DNA of 63,819 bases, filler included, from Octopus bimaculoides (GCF_001194135.2; 6 parts of 6 records of this genome joined end to end with filler, not necessarily neighbours in it), one strand, 5' to 3'. Positions 26,391 to 39,769 are shown, counted from the whole stretch's first letter. Notes: generated by a model from the letters alone, not told the origin. Made by a program: numbers and translations.

Positions 26391-29313
26391 ATATAGGTAT
26401 GTATGTATGTATACATATACATGATAAATAGAGATAACTTGATTGATAAATATAGATAAAAACATAGACAGACCCATATACATATATACATGCATAACTA
26501 CAACATACACACATGCTTGCAAAGGTGTTTGATAATTGCCTGTCTTGTCAAAAGAAAGACACCTGTCAAATAGAATGTTAACGAAGCATCTGTATGTCAA
26601 TAGATTTAAGTGTTAAACGCTTGTACGTCACTGTTGCCAATCTAACGGTCGTCATGGCATGCTCCAGTGACAAGAATTGCAAGATGGCTTCTACTTATTT
26701 GTCTGCAAGTTTTAAGTCAGAGTTTTCTCTAGGAGAAGAGCTACCTCTCATATCGCTTTGTCAAAATTAACGGGAGCTTCCTCAGCATTGGAAAATTTAT
26801 TTAGCTCATAGAAGGAACCCTGAGATATACTACCATCTCTTGTCATAATGATCTAAGGAGGTATAGCAATTAAGATATGGCAACAATAACGACAGCTTCA
26901 GATCTTCCAAGGAACAGCTTCAACACCGAATGCAGTTTAATGTCATACTCAGGATATAATATAAACTTATATATATTGATACATGCCTACATACATACAT
27001 GCGTACGTTCTCACATACATACACACATAAAACATACATTGATGCATACATGCATGCATACATACATACATGCATACATAGATACATACATACATACATA
27101 CATACATACATACATACATGCATACATACACACATACATGCCTTCATGCAAGCATACATTTAAGCCCTGTCAGAAATAGACTTGACTTGCAAGCGTAGTC
27201 TAATTTCGGCAATGTGATTCTGAACGTCTACTGAAATGACTATACTGACCGAACGCAACCAACTATAGTCAATTTCGAAATCATTTTTGCTAACCAATTC
27301 AGTTTCAATCAAAGAAAGAGTTTAAATGCCACGCAGGCTATCAGTCCATGTCTGGCATTGATAACAACATAACCGATACAGGTATCAACAGCTCTACTCC
27401 CTCTGTCACCTAAATAGATCGATGTATCTTTCTCACTTCGTCAATTTTTTTAAAAATTAAATTCAGGAAACATGCCAGTGAATGTGTTTCGATTGTTCAT
27501 AAGTCCTTAAAAAAATATTGGCACGAATCTCCCATCCACTTCCTGGATTAAGTTCCCGGTATCGTTCTATGTCCCGAAAGCTACTGGGCCACAAGCAATA
27601 GTTATAATTCTGGTAATACTAATTGCCTCTTTGAATATATTTAAATCAGCCAAAACAATCTTGAAGAAGTCTGTAAACAGAATCTGACGTTAATATCGGA
27701 CATTACGTCATGATTCTGTTGACAAAATATTATAGAGCATTATCGACACAACAGACAGGCCGGGAACTGCCTCTCTCATTGAATTCATGCATAAGCACGG
27801 GTGTGCCTCTTTGTTTGAAAAACTTGCTTTTCAACCACGTACTGCGTAGCATATGTAAGTGTTTTCTGCAATACCCACTGGCTGTCCAAATGCTTCTGAG
27901 CGGATTTAATAAACTGAGGCTAAAACATCCCATCATATTTATATGTGTATGAGCATACATATATGTATACGTTTGTGTTACGTTCATTCCTCTTTCAGCT
28001 CTTGACAGCCGGTAGTTCGGCAAAAATGCCCTATAGATTAAATAAAATGCTTAAAAAATAAGTCATGGGGACGGTTTGCTTGACTATACCTCACAAAGAC
28101 ATAGCCCAGTATGGCAGCAGTTCAATGACTGAAATAAGTAAAAGATAAAACAAAGAAGATATGATACATTTCAATACAAGGAAATAGATGTAATGTTTAC
28201 CAGAAAATTTGTACTATGTGAAAATACACCTCGACTGTTATTGTCATTTAGGATGGGAAAAAAATCTTGAATTGTAGAAATGAACTGCCTAGTATCTTTA
28301 CCAAAATCATCGATAAATAGAGTATTTATATGCAGCTGCATCTATATCCCGATTAGAAATGCTTCATTTATCCCAATAATTATTGGGGCATTTTATTATG
28401 TTAGGAAAATAACAACGTGGAAACTATAGCTCTTTCATCATAAGTGACAGAAAGGATTCTGCACTTTTAATTGTACATTATGTAGAATATGTAAGTGGAA
28501 GAGAACAATACACAAGACGTTTTTAAAGTACAGTATATAATACTTTGTTCTTACCAAAATTAAAAAAAATTAAAATGAGTGTATTGTTTGTTTGTTTGTT
28601 TGTTAGACGCTAAAACAATTTGTCTATGTATGTATGACCTACATACAGTAAAATTCGCATATATAAAGAAAGAGTTACAGGCACATTTGACCAAGGCCGG
28701 ATGTGACCTCAGAACGCAAGACCCCTTCTAAAGAAATATTAAATGTACATTAGGTTAATTATGAAAATTGGCACCAGTACGATAAAAAATAATCTATTAT
28801 GGGCAAACAGTTTCGCTGTATCAGTAGTAATATAGAAAATAACACTTCGCATGTGAAAAGCATATAGATCTGTTCCCTCTAACAGAGATTGTCTATCGCC
28901 ACTAACGTCGTCTATTTTATCTGCCATGTCTTTATACGCTAACCACTGCCAGTACCATCAACAACACCAAAGCTAACACCAACACCACCGTTTACATATC
29001 TGCCAACTGAGGAAAAAGTTAAGTGAATTAAAAGAGTCTAAGTAGGAAAACAAGGAAGATGTATGGAACTTCTTTTATTGACCGTATGATTACACTCCTT
29101 CCTATATTTGTGACCTTATTCCGCTGACAAAAACTGTAATAGCAGAATGTACGATATTTATTACTTTATACGATAAATAAGGGGTTGGAAATATTTATTC
29201 GTTAGCATTTAAGGAAAACTGGTGTTGTGTTAGAGCTGCTGTTATGGTTATCAACATCATCACCATCTCACCACTACTATCACCACCACCATCATTATCA
29301 TCATCAGCAGCAC

Positions 29314-29391
<78 letters not shown>

Positions 29392-31993
29392 CCTGTGGTT
29401 GTTGCTCTTGTAATGCAAATTCTTTTTTACAGAGCGTTCTGCTTTCATGTTGTTTCTCCCATTTTCTTTTCTGCCTTTTATTTTCACTTCATTGTATGTG
29501 TGTGCATTCGTGTGACCGAGTGTTTGTGTGCTCGTCTACATTTACGAATGATTGCATGTGTATGTATGTATACATATAAGCATCTAAGCTTATGCATATA
29601 CTTTTGGAGACACACACACGCTCAAACACACAAATATATATATATATATATATATANNNNNNNNNNNNNNNNNNNNNNNNNNNNNNNNNNNNNNNNNNNN
29701 NNNNNNNNNNNNNNNNNNNNNNNNNNNNNNNNNNNNNNNNNNNNNNNNNNNNNNNNNNNNNNNNNNNNNNNNNNNNNNNNNNNNNNNNNNNNNNNNNNNN
29801 NNNNNNNNNNNNNNNNNNNNNNNNNNNNNNNNNNNNNNNNNNNNNNNNNNNNNNNNNNNNNNNNNNNNNNNNNNNNNNNNNNNNNNNNNNNNNNNNNNNN
29901 NNNNNNNNNNNNNNNNNNNNNNNNNNNNNNNNNNNNNNNNNNNNNNNNNNNNNNNNNNNNNNNNNNNNNNNNNNNNNNNNNNNNNNNNNNNNNNNNNNNN
30001 NNNNNNNNNNNNNNNNNNNNNNNNNNNNNNNNNNNNNNNNNNNNNNNNNNNNNNNNNNNNNNNNNNNNNNNNNNNNNNNNNNNNNNNNNNNNNNNNNNNN
30101 NNNNNNNNNNNNNNNNNNNNNNNNNNNNNNNNNNNNNNNNNNNNNNNNNNNNNNNNNNNNNNNNNNNNNNNNNNNNTATATATAAAATCTCTTGGCAATA
30201 TACTACGGTATGATTGTATATTAGACTAGAGAATTTTGCGAGCGTTACCTAGCAACAAATAACAATACGTGTGTGATAAATCGATTGGAACAAGAAAAAT
30301 ATTATGCCACCATTTTTCTGTTCGTTAAAACTCAGAAAGTACCGCAGTAAGGCCAACAGAATGCTGGAGACAAGGGGTGAAAGGGTAAAACGAAGCACAT
30401 GAACTGTAAATATTCGGAAAGTAATCGGGAACTTAACAAACCGCTTCTTAATTTGTTATTAGCTAAATATTTTGGCAGGAATTTCCGTGCCATTTATCTT
30501 TTTGTGAATGAGCTGCTATCATTTCCAAGGCCAATATTGCAGGCGTTTTGGCAGTATACCGATCATAAACATCGATACCCAACGATTTTGGCTAAGCAAC
30601 AGAACGACAGAATTAGTCCCTGGGGAATCGAGCTGTAAGGAAATTACTATCATAGCCAGACAGACAAGTGACATATGGCTGTGGCAATGTCTCGTCAATA
30701 AAGTGAGACTTAACTTAATTTGTATATCTGTCAGACAGTAAATGGTAAATCAAGTTTTGTTGGCGGGAAAACTGTGTTAAAATATGAAGGACGTACTGTT
30801 TGTTTTAGTAGTATGATCGAAATATTTATTCGATTAAAAAAAATAATAAGATGATAAAAGCATTTTCTGGTTATTTCTCCGGTGTGAGGTTTCCTACAAT
30901 CTTTGGTGAAACACAACGATAATTGACAGCTAAATTGAATAAGCTTGTTAGATGAAATTGTTCTGTTTAGAATCACAACGAATCGCGTTCATTAGTCACT
31001 GAAATAAAGTCATTTGAAAACTCAGTTTCTAATATTATTTAGTCATGCGTTTGGTCTATTTAATGAACAGCAGATTATCTCTCATTTTATCACTCACTCT
31101 TTTACCCAAACACGTACACACACAAAGGTACACAAAGAAACACAGGCACGTGCACATATATTAGCATTTCGCTAAATCAGCCATAAATTTATGATGACAG
31201 AGTGTTTTAGCTGACGAATGTGTGCAATGTGGACAGACACTGATGACAGGTCTGCAGTTAACAGACGAAACTAGCCTAGTGCAGTGGTTTTCATCTTTCT
31301 TCATGGGGTGGTTATCTCCCCTTTGAATCACTGAGTGTGTTTGTGTGTGTGTGTTTGTGTGTGTGCTTGTGTGTGCGTTTGTGTGTATGTATGTGCGTAT
31401 GCAGCCGTAAATGTTTTAACTCTTATTTCTATGCTTATGTGATATGTTTTTTTTTGGTGGGGGGGGGGGCTGTGTGCATGTGTATTTATATACGTATGTA
31501 TATAGAGTTGTTGAGTGAATATAACCATGATATTCTTGTGATGGGCAAGATTTTTACCAGTATTTATAAATTATGCAACTCTACTATATAATTTATATCA
31601 TACTTGTTAATAAAGGCATGTAAAATAATTTATCTATTAAGTGTACACTAAAATATATTGTCCTCCTATGATCTTCGTTATATGGACATCAGCTGGTGGA
31701 ACACTTTCATCTATGCAGATTACATATTCATATTTGCAGGTCTTCTGTCCTCTCACAAAGACCGTGTGTATACATGCGCTTATCTATGTATCTATCTATG
31801 TATGCATGTATATATATACATATATATGGATACACCCATATATATNNNNNNNNNNNNNNNNNNNNNNNNNNNNNNNNNNNNNNNNNNNNNNNNNNNNNNN
31901 NNNNNNNNNNNNNNNNNNNNNNNNNNNNNNNNNNNNNNNNNNNNNNNNNNNNNNNNNNNNNNNNNNNNNNNNNNNNNNNNNNNNNNNNNNNNN

Positions 31994-32028
<35 letters not shown>

Positions 32029-33425
32029 TTTTAATTTATTTATGTGTTTCAGCCAAGTGGCTGCGGTCATGCTGGTGCACCACCATGATTTTCACGTTCC
32101 TTGCATGGCTCTTCTCCCCCACCTGACATGGTCCAATCAAGAGTTTTGATGGCACATCTGGTGTATAAGAGAGTTTGACATAGCTGCCCTAAACTCCGTC
32201 TCATTTCGAGCCATTGGTTCGTCTGGTATCGTGGAGAGGATATATATAATTCTGAAAGTATTATATGTCTATGTAGAGTAAATATAGACTGAGATACAGG
32301 GGTTCCAGACAGACAGAATTTCACTTTTATTGTAATAGATATATATACACACATTTCTGTATCAAATTTAATGTTAATATTTTGTAAGAGACTGCGGAGT
32401 TTCTCGTGAGGTAATATCTCAATATCCATGTTGTTATTAAAAATCCAGAATATATCAGACCTAGATGGAGATCGACGTATCCGTTCATAGCGTGATTGTT
32501 TTATACGTTTTTGCCTCGGTATACGTATCAATATAAATAAACTGAATAAACAATCACTGAAGTTGCGAATAGTCATGCGGTTGAATAAAAATGTCTTATG
32601 TGGAATAAACATTACTATTAGATTAATAAATATATTTATTTATCGTAACAGGCAAATTATCAGCGGCATTCCTCCTCAGACTAAATGTTACATGCGACCG
32701 CTGTGTTTTGAAATACAAACTCTACCGACGTATCTCAACGAGGCAGATATACAACAAACATTTTAACTACACGCTACTATGGTGGTTTTCGACAGTCTCC
32801 AGTATATGTTGTGTTCTGAAACTCTTAAACATACGCCAAGATTTATATATAAATGGTTATAAATGAATATAGGCTTTGAAATTGTAATTAATCTAAACTA
32901 GACATTTCAATAGAGAACGCAATGACAACAGACCAACCGTATTATGATTTATGACTTTGTGAAGAATAGATTTCAAATATGCAATATAGAAAGTAAACGG
33001 AACATGTACATATTGCATGGCATATTTAACAAAGCATCGTATACAATATTCAGCTTTGAGTTTGTAGGGATTTTGTCATCGTTACTTAAATAAATACGAT
33101 ATAACGGATTGTAGCATAAAGAGATACGGAAATGTTTCACCTATTAGGCGAAACGACTAAAGTAAACATAACAATTTGAATATACCTGTCAATTTCTCAG
33201 TGCACACCTATTTCAAATTCATTAGTGGAGAGTCAATGACTTAGTAATTTGTTCCCATGTGAATGGTGTCCCAATAAATTTAACTAAGAGGGGTTTTATT
33301 AAAGGGTATGAGACGAATCTCGTTTCAGTTTGTTGACTGGGACTCATGGTAATTTTGCATAAATTTATTGTTGCAAGTTCAATGATTATATTAAATGGAT
33401 CTTTTCTCACTTCTTAACATGTTAC

Positions 33426-33538
33426 ATGTATGTGTGTGTGTGTACGTACGTGTGCTTTGATATGTTTATGCATAAATATACATCATATATATACATATAC
33501 ACATATTATATTTATATATATATTTATGTATACATATG

Positions 33539-33589
<51 letters not shown>

Positions 33590-33740
33590 CTATATGTATT
33601 TATGTATATACATATATATATATATTTATGTGTATATATANNNNNNNNNNNNNNNNNNNNNNNNNNNNNNNNNNNNNNNNNNNNTTAATTAATTAANNNN
33701 NNNNNNNNNNNNNNNNNNNNNNNNNNNNNNNNNNNNNNNN

Positions 33741-33778
<38 letters not shown>

Positions 33779-33841
33779 TATATGAATATATGTGCATGCA
33801 TACATACGTAAATACGCACACACACACTGACACATACACAA

Positions 33842-33875
<34 letters not shown>

Positions 33876-34104
33876 ACATATATATACATATATATAACGC
33901 TATAGTGTGGACGTGAAAGTGTTGTTTCCGTTGTTGTATATATTGTTGTCCTTTTATGTTGATGATGATGATGATGACGAAGATGACGAAGATGAGGACG
34001 ATGTGAACGATGTTCATGGTGGTAGTGGCTTGTTCTCCTTGTGTTGTGAGTTTGTGACGACGCATAAACATTTACATATTTGCTTAGACATACATACATG
34101 TACA

Positions 34105-34183
<79 letters not shown>

Positions 34184-34342
34184 ATGTGTATAAATATACA
34201 TATATATATATACATATATACACATTTATATATTTATACGTATACACATACACAGATATATATATATATATATATACACATTTACGTATGTGATTCCGTG
34301 TACACCTGTATATCTGTACATATCTGTATATATCTGTGTGTG

Positions 34343-34391
<49 letters not shown>

Positions 34392-34460
34392 ATGTATGTA
34401 TGTATAATACATATACATACACACACACACACACAAACTCTCACACACACTTATATATAC
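33426..34460. repeat. Compound (TA)n/(TG)n/(CA)n microsatellite field
   Basis: Direct reading; representative of many similar fields (e.g. 1-100, 1100-1350, 4360-4720, 14570-15255, 46860-47050, 57820-58015). Confidence 0.9.
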
Positions 34461-35049
34461 ATATTTGCATGTTGTTTGCAAACTATCAAAGCTTGTCTCT
34501 TGCAGCAATAATGATCTTGTTATAACACTGATGTAGGACCCTATATTTCCTTCTTGTTTATACTTTCACTTTCGCTTTCAGTCTTTATTCCTCCCTTTTC
34601 TGCATTTCCTTTCTATTTCTCGTTGCTTCCTTAGTATCTACGTCGCCATGTTGTTCTTTCGCCTCTACGTATTTCTTTCTCTTCCTTTCCTTTTTTTTTC
34701 CTGTAAACCTTGTATTTGTTTTTTTTTTCAATTTCTTTTCTCCATTCACTCTTGTTTCACTTTCACCCCGCTACCATAACTCCACAGTTCTTCTTTTTCA
34801 TCATCATCTTCTTCTTCTTTTTCTTCTTCTTCTTTTTCTTCTTCTTCTACTTCTACTACTACTACTACTACTACTAGTACTACTGCTGCTGCTGCTGCTT
34901 CTTCAAATTATAATGAAATAATCTATTGACCTCAATGGACCAAGTGTTTAGTGATAGTACGGATCAAAATACAACACAGGAGTGTTGGAGATTAAAATCT
35001 TGCAAATGAACGAGAAAAATAAAGTGCTAAAGAATAATAACAAACAAAT

Positions 35050-35230
35050 CGGTAGGGGTTAAGCCGATTGCATCGATCCCAATGCTCAATTTGTACCTGT
35101 CTTATCGATCCCCGAAAGGATAAAATGCAAAGTTGACTCCGGCGGAATTTGAACTCAGGACGTAAAGACGTACGAAATGCCGTTAAGCATTTTGTGCGTC
35201 GCGCTAACGATTCTGCCAGTTTGTCGCCCT
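35050..35230 (-). mobile_element. SINE A copy
   Basis: atcgatccccgaaaggataaaatgcaaagttgactccggcggaatttgaactcag..ttctgccagtttgtcgcc. Confidence 0.8.
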
Positions 35231-36283
35231 TGAGTAGTAACAAAATATTACATCAACCAGAATTTGTCCTAAACTGGGTAAATTCGGAGAGAGAATCCTC
35301 ACATGATATCCCTAAATATGTATTAACACATCAAAGGTAACAAAAGTGACCCTTTATTCATTGCCTTTGCATAAATTTATTTGTCCCATTTCACCTCGTT
35401 ATTCACGCCGAAATCGCCTATCTTTTGTAATACACATTCGAAATTAATGTTTGCCATAGCACGAAACGTACAAAACTAGTTCATTTTCCTTGCCAAAGCA
35501 AGGCGGTGACTTCATATTCTTAATCATTTCATTCACACTACATGTTATAGCAGTAGAGCCAGTAATTCATAGATACTGAGTGATTATGTGCTCGACCGTT
35601 TAATTACCCTGCACTCATCTCAGACAGATTTTCTCACAATTTCCAACTCATGCAAATATTGTACTTAAATCTAGATTCAGACTGTATATTCAGTCTGGGC
35701 CAAGCAAACGGAGGTGTATCCCTCGTGGTCGGACAGAAGGATAACAGAAGAGTGCGTCTCGAAAATCCTTACCTCTCATCCTACGCTAATAACATTATAA
35801 TCTGAGATTATACGTATCACGTATCACTATCCAGGTAATGTGTACTTATATTTGCTGTTGTTTGGCTAGCCAAGTTATGAGAAGAAACAACAAAACTGAA
35901 AAAAATAATAATAAATATAAAAATAAATATTGTAATGTCACTCTGTACCTGATCTATGGACTCTATCTTTTTCAGAAGTCTTGCAGAGGTCTTCCAACAT
36001 CTTTTATTCCAGGATATGCTTTTAAAGAGACCACATCATTTGCCTTCTGACGGTATTCACACCATCAATCGCTTGTTTGGTGTATTTAAAGATGGAAGAT
36101 CAAAGCCTTCTGCTCGTCGCAAAAGTTTCGCTTACTTTTGTTTTGTACAAATTTCCTTAATTAATTCCCTTTTTCGGAGAAAACGGTATGGTTTACAGTT
36201 CTATATTTAAGAGATGAGGAATTATGTACATTTTTTACATTATTTACATTTGACGGATATTTGTCCTCATCGTGTTTGTTGTT

Positions 36284-36329
36284 AACACATCGTTTCGGCT
36301 GATATATCCTCCAGCCTTCATCAGGTGTC
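36284..36329 (-). ncRNA. Minimal hammerhead motif, family Y, cleavage triplet mutated
   Basis: rc: gacac-CTGATGA-A-ggctg gaggatatat cagcc-GAAAC-GAT-gtgtt (U16.1 changed to A). Confidence 0.65.
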
Positions 36330-36381
36330 TTGGGGAAATTTCGAACCTGGGTTTTCATTCCTAAGATATTTTTCGATGTTG

Positions 36382-36420
<39 letters not shown>

Positions 36421-36422
<2 letters not shown>

Positions 36423-36957
36423 TTATGTTTGANNNNNNNNNNNNNNNNNNNNNNNNNNNNNNNNNNNNNNNNNNNNNNNNNNNNNNNNNNNNNNNNNNNN
36501 NNNNNNNNNNNNNNNNNNNNNNNNNNNNNNNNNNNNNNNNNNNNNNNNNNNNNNNNNNNNNNNNNNNNNNNNNNNNNNNNNNNNNNNNNNNNNNNNNNNN
36601 NNNNNNNNNNNNNNNNNNNNNNNNNNNNNNNNNNNNNNNNNNNNNNNNNNNNNNNNNNNNNNNNNNNNNNNNNNNNNNNNNNNNNNNNNNNNNNNNNNNN
36701 NNNNNNNNNNNNNNNNNNNNNNNNNNNNNNNNNNNNNNNNNNNNNNNNNNNNNNNNNNNNNNNNNNNNNNNNNNNNNNNNNNNNNNNNNNNNNNNNNNNN
36801 NNNNNNNNNNNNNNNNNNNNNNNNNNNNNNNNNNNNNNNNNNNNNNNNNNNNNNNNNNNNNNNNNNNNNNNNNNNNNNNNNNNNNNNNNNNNNNNNNNNN
36901 NNNNNNNCCAGTGAATATATTGTGCAGCTCTATCATGCCTGTTGAGATACTCTGTAG

Positions 36958-36958
<1 letters not shown>
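36421..36958 (-). mobile_element. Nested 5'-truncated R4/Dong-type LINE, mostly within the gap
   Basis: 36909-36958 rc translates STEYLNRHDRAAQYIH(W), the post-zinc-knuckle EY..RHD....IHW motif; flanked by (ATT)n on both sides. Confidence 0.7.
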
Positions 36959-37025
<67 letters not shown>

Positions 37026-37027
<2 letters not shown>

Positions 37028-37097
37028 TCACTGCCTGGAATCGAACTCGGAATCTTGGGGTTAGTGGCCCGCGCTCTTAACCACTACGCCATATGCC
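37026..37097 (-). mobile_element. tRNA-derived (Pol III A/B box) head of family Y
   Basis: rc ggcataTGGCGTAGTGGttaagagcgcgggccactaaccccaagattccGAGTTCGATTCCaggcagtgacc; acceptor stem imperfect, so not a functional tRNA. Confidence 0.7.
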
Positions 37098-37133
37098 TCA
37101 GGAATGAGAACCTAGGTTCGAAATTTCCCCCAA

Positions 37134-37179
37134 GACACCTGACGAAGGCTGGAGGGTATATCAGCCGAAACGTTCTGTT
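37134..37179 (+). ncRNA. Minimal hammerhead motif, family Y, intact core with stem I mismatch
   Basis: gacac-CTGACGA-A-ggctg gagggtatat cagcc-GAAAC-GTT^ctgtt. Confidence 0.65.
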
Positions 37180-37868
37180 AACAACAAACAAGATGAGGAC
37201 AAATATCCGTCAAATGTAAATAATGTAAATAATGTACGGTATGGTTAACTACAATAATGTTTTTTTTAGATATTGCTGCTGTTGCTTCTGTTGGTGATGC
37301 AGCCTTTGCAATAGTTGTTTTGAGGTATTTATTGTTTTGTTATTTATTTGTTGCTTGTGTGAAAAATTTTGTTGTGCTTTTGTTGTTGATAGCCTGTTGG
37401 TTCGACATTTGGTCGTGTCTTTTTAATTATCTTTGTTTTGGCGCCGCCAGTCCATCGGTTTTAGGATTTCTAACAATTAATTTTCCTGCCTTTCCAGTTT
37501 TCTTGCTTGTTCATCCCTCATTTTTCTGGTCTCCCTCGTCATTCCCATGGGCGAGAGATGATCGGACAGTGTTAAGGCGAAGTCTGTGTTTTCTGACATT
37601 CCTTCTGGTTTTTCTTGTTGCTATGGAGTCTTTTTTCGTATTCCCCATTGTGTATGACTGCAGAAGATCTTATCGTTGATAACAATATTGCTTTAATAAT
37701 AGTAGTAGTAGTAGCAGTGTTGGTGGTGTTGGTGGTGGTAGTACTGATGGTGGTGTGGTGTTGGTGGTGTTAGTACTGGTGGTGGTGTGGTGATGGTGGT
37801 GGTGGTAGTACTAGTGGTAGTGGTGGTAGTGGTAGTAGTAGTAGTAGTAGTAGTAGTAATAGTAGTAG

Positions 37869-38095
37869 CAAGGCGGCGAGCTGGCAGAAACGTCAGGCAA
37901 AATGCTTAGCGGTATTTCGTCTGACATTACGTTCTGAGTTCGAATTCTGCCGAGGTCGACTTTGCCTTTCATACTTTCGGGGTCGATAAATTAAGTACCA
38001 GTTACGTACTGGGATCGATATAATCGACTTAATCCCTTTGTCTGTCCTTATTTGTCCCCTCTATGTTTAGCCCCTTGTGGGCAATAAAGAAATAA
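37869..38095 (+). mobile_element. SINE family A (tRNA-headed), full-length
   Basis: aaggcggcgagctggcagaaacg..gagttcgaattc..gtcgactttgcctttcat..ggggtcgataaattaagtaccag; many copies in the window. Confidence 0.9.
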
Positions 38096-38659
38096 GTAGC
38101 AGTAGTAGTGGTGGTGGTGTTGGTGGTGTTGGTGGTGATGATGGTGGTATTACTAATGGTGGTGTGGTGATGGTGGTGGTGGTAGTAATAGTTATTGTAG
38201 TAGTAATAATGTTGGTGGTGATGGTGGTAGTACTAGTGGTGGCCGTAGTAGTAGTAGTAGTAGTAGTAGTTGCTTTAACTGCTGTTGTTGCTGCTGCTGC
38301 TGTTTTGCTTGCAGCAGTTAGGGGACAGATACCTGTGGCGGAGAAAGCCGCTCACCTCTTGTTTCCTCCCGTGGGGAGATTGGAGGGGGAGGCAGGAAGC
38401 TCTAGGCTGGTATGTTTTATTTAAATTGCAGCGTTTGGGTTTCTTACCCTCAAACGACCACCCGCAGCTGATCACACGTTTTAAAACAGAAATATTCGAT
38501 GATACGAAGATGCAGCAAATACCTAAACACAAGTGACATTCCACTTCGGTTCCCCTCGGGTAAACTTCAGTTTTATGGCTTTACCGTGTTCCTCCATTAT
38601 AGAAGTGATTCCGACCAGCCCTCAGCGAAGTGTTATATTAGTGACAAAAGTAAAATTTA

Positions 38660-38870
38660 AGATAGCTTCTCGAGTCAAGCCGACACATAAGGGCCGGTTT
38701 CCCGGCTTCCGTAGTGTATGTATATATATATTCCCCCACCTGGACGGGTCGCCGGTCCGTCACAGGATTATTTATTTTTGCCATCTGATTGGACTGGAGC
38801 AACGGCCCAGGAATCGAAACCACAATCTTACGATCATGAGTCCAATATAATAACCACTAAGCCACGCACT
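38660..38870 (-). mobile_element. SINE family D (tRNA-headed), internally deleted; older copy at ~770-955
   Basis: cccaggaatcgaaaccacaatcttacgatcatgagtcc..aaccactaagccacgc; shared ccggtccgtcacag..actggagcaacg with 820-880. Confidence 0.7.
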
Positions 38871-39141
38871 TTCGCTATGTTAGTGACACTGATTCGGTTA
38901 CTCATAGTTGTATCTAAAGTGGTATCATCGCCATTTTCTGTGAAGCTCGTGTGGTAGTGGCTAATGATTTTCCAGCTCATTGTGAAAGATGGCAACTATC
39001 TGCTTGCATTTCTCTTTCTTGCTGTTTGCCCAACTTCAGAGTAAAAACCTTTTGCAGCGTATTTCGATTTGTGTTGCGATAATATATTGCGATACCCCAT
39101 CACTACAAATGATGCATATACAGATAGATAGATAGGTAGAT

Positions 39142-39207
<66 letters not shown>

Positions 39208-39316
39208 GACTTCATTCTAGCATTCAGGATACTAAACAAACCCTCCTCTGGAAATGAAATGATATTGTCTCAAGGTGAATGATAGTGTTCTTTTGTTATT
39301 TTAAATAATTATTAGG

Positions 39317-39720
39317 GTGGCGAAATGCTTAGTGGTATTTCGTCTGTCTTTACGATCTGAGTTCAAATTCCACCGAAGTCGACTTTGCCTTTCATCCTTT
39401 CAGTCTCGATAAATTAAGTACCAATTGCGTACTGGGGTCGATCTAATCGACTGGCCCCCTCCCCCAAAACTTCAGGCCTTGTACCTAGAGTAGTAAATAT
39501 TATTTTAAATAATTATTAGGGCAGCAAGCTGGAAGAATCGTTAGCGCGCCGGGCAAAATGCTCAGCGGTATTTCGTTTACCGTTGCGTTCTGAGTTCAAA
39601 TTCCGCCGAGGTTGACTTTATCTTTCATTTCTTTCAGCGTTGCTGAAATAAGTACCAGATAATATCGACTTATCCATCCTATAAAATAATTCAGGCCTTG
39701 TCGCCAAATTTGACATCATA
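39317..39720 (+). mobile_element. Two tandem SINE A copies
   Basis: 39317-39500 and ~39519-39720, each preceded by tattttaaataattattaggg (probable TSD of the first copy). Confidence 0.85.
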
Positions 39721-39769
39721 ATTACTAGATAATTATTACCCCAGTTCAGACTTTACGTTACTCTGAGTC

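Larger units (their letters stand above)
36196..37237 (-). mobile_element. Composite element family Y: tRNA-like head + (AAT)n + HHR unit on the minus strand, an inverted second HHR unit at its 5' end, and a nested LINE in the (AAT)n
   Basis: HHR unit 36196-~36380 (minus); (TAT)n; tRNA-like head 37026-37097; inverted HHR unit 37098-37237 (plus). Same architecture at 48420-48723. Confidence 0.75.

Noticed and set aside
37026-37097. Possible tRNA gene
   Set aside because: A and B boxes are present, but the acceptor and T stems do not pair fully and the anticodon loop is atypical. Treated as a retroposon head.
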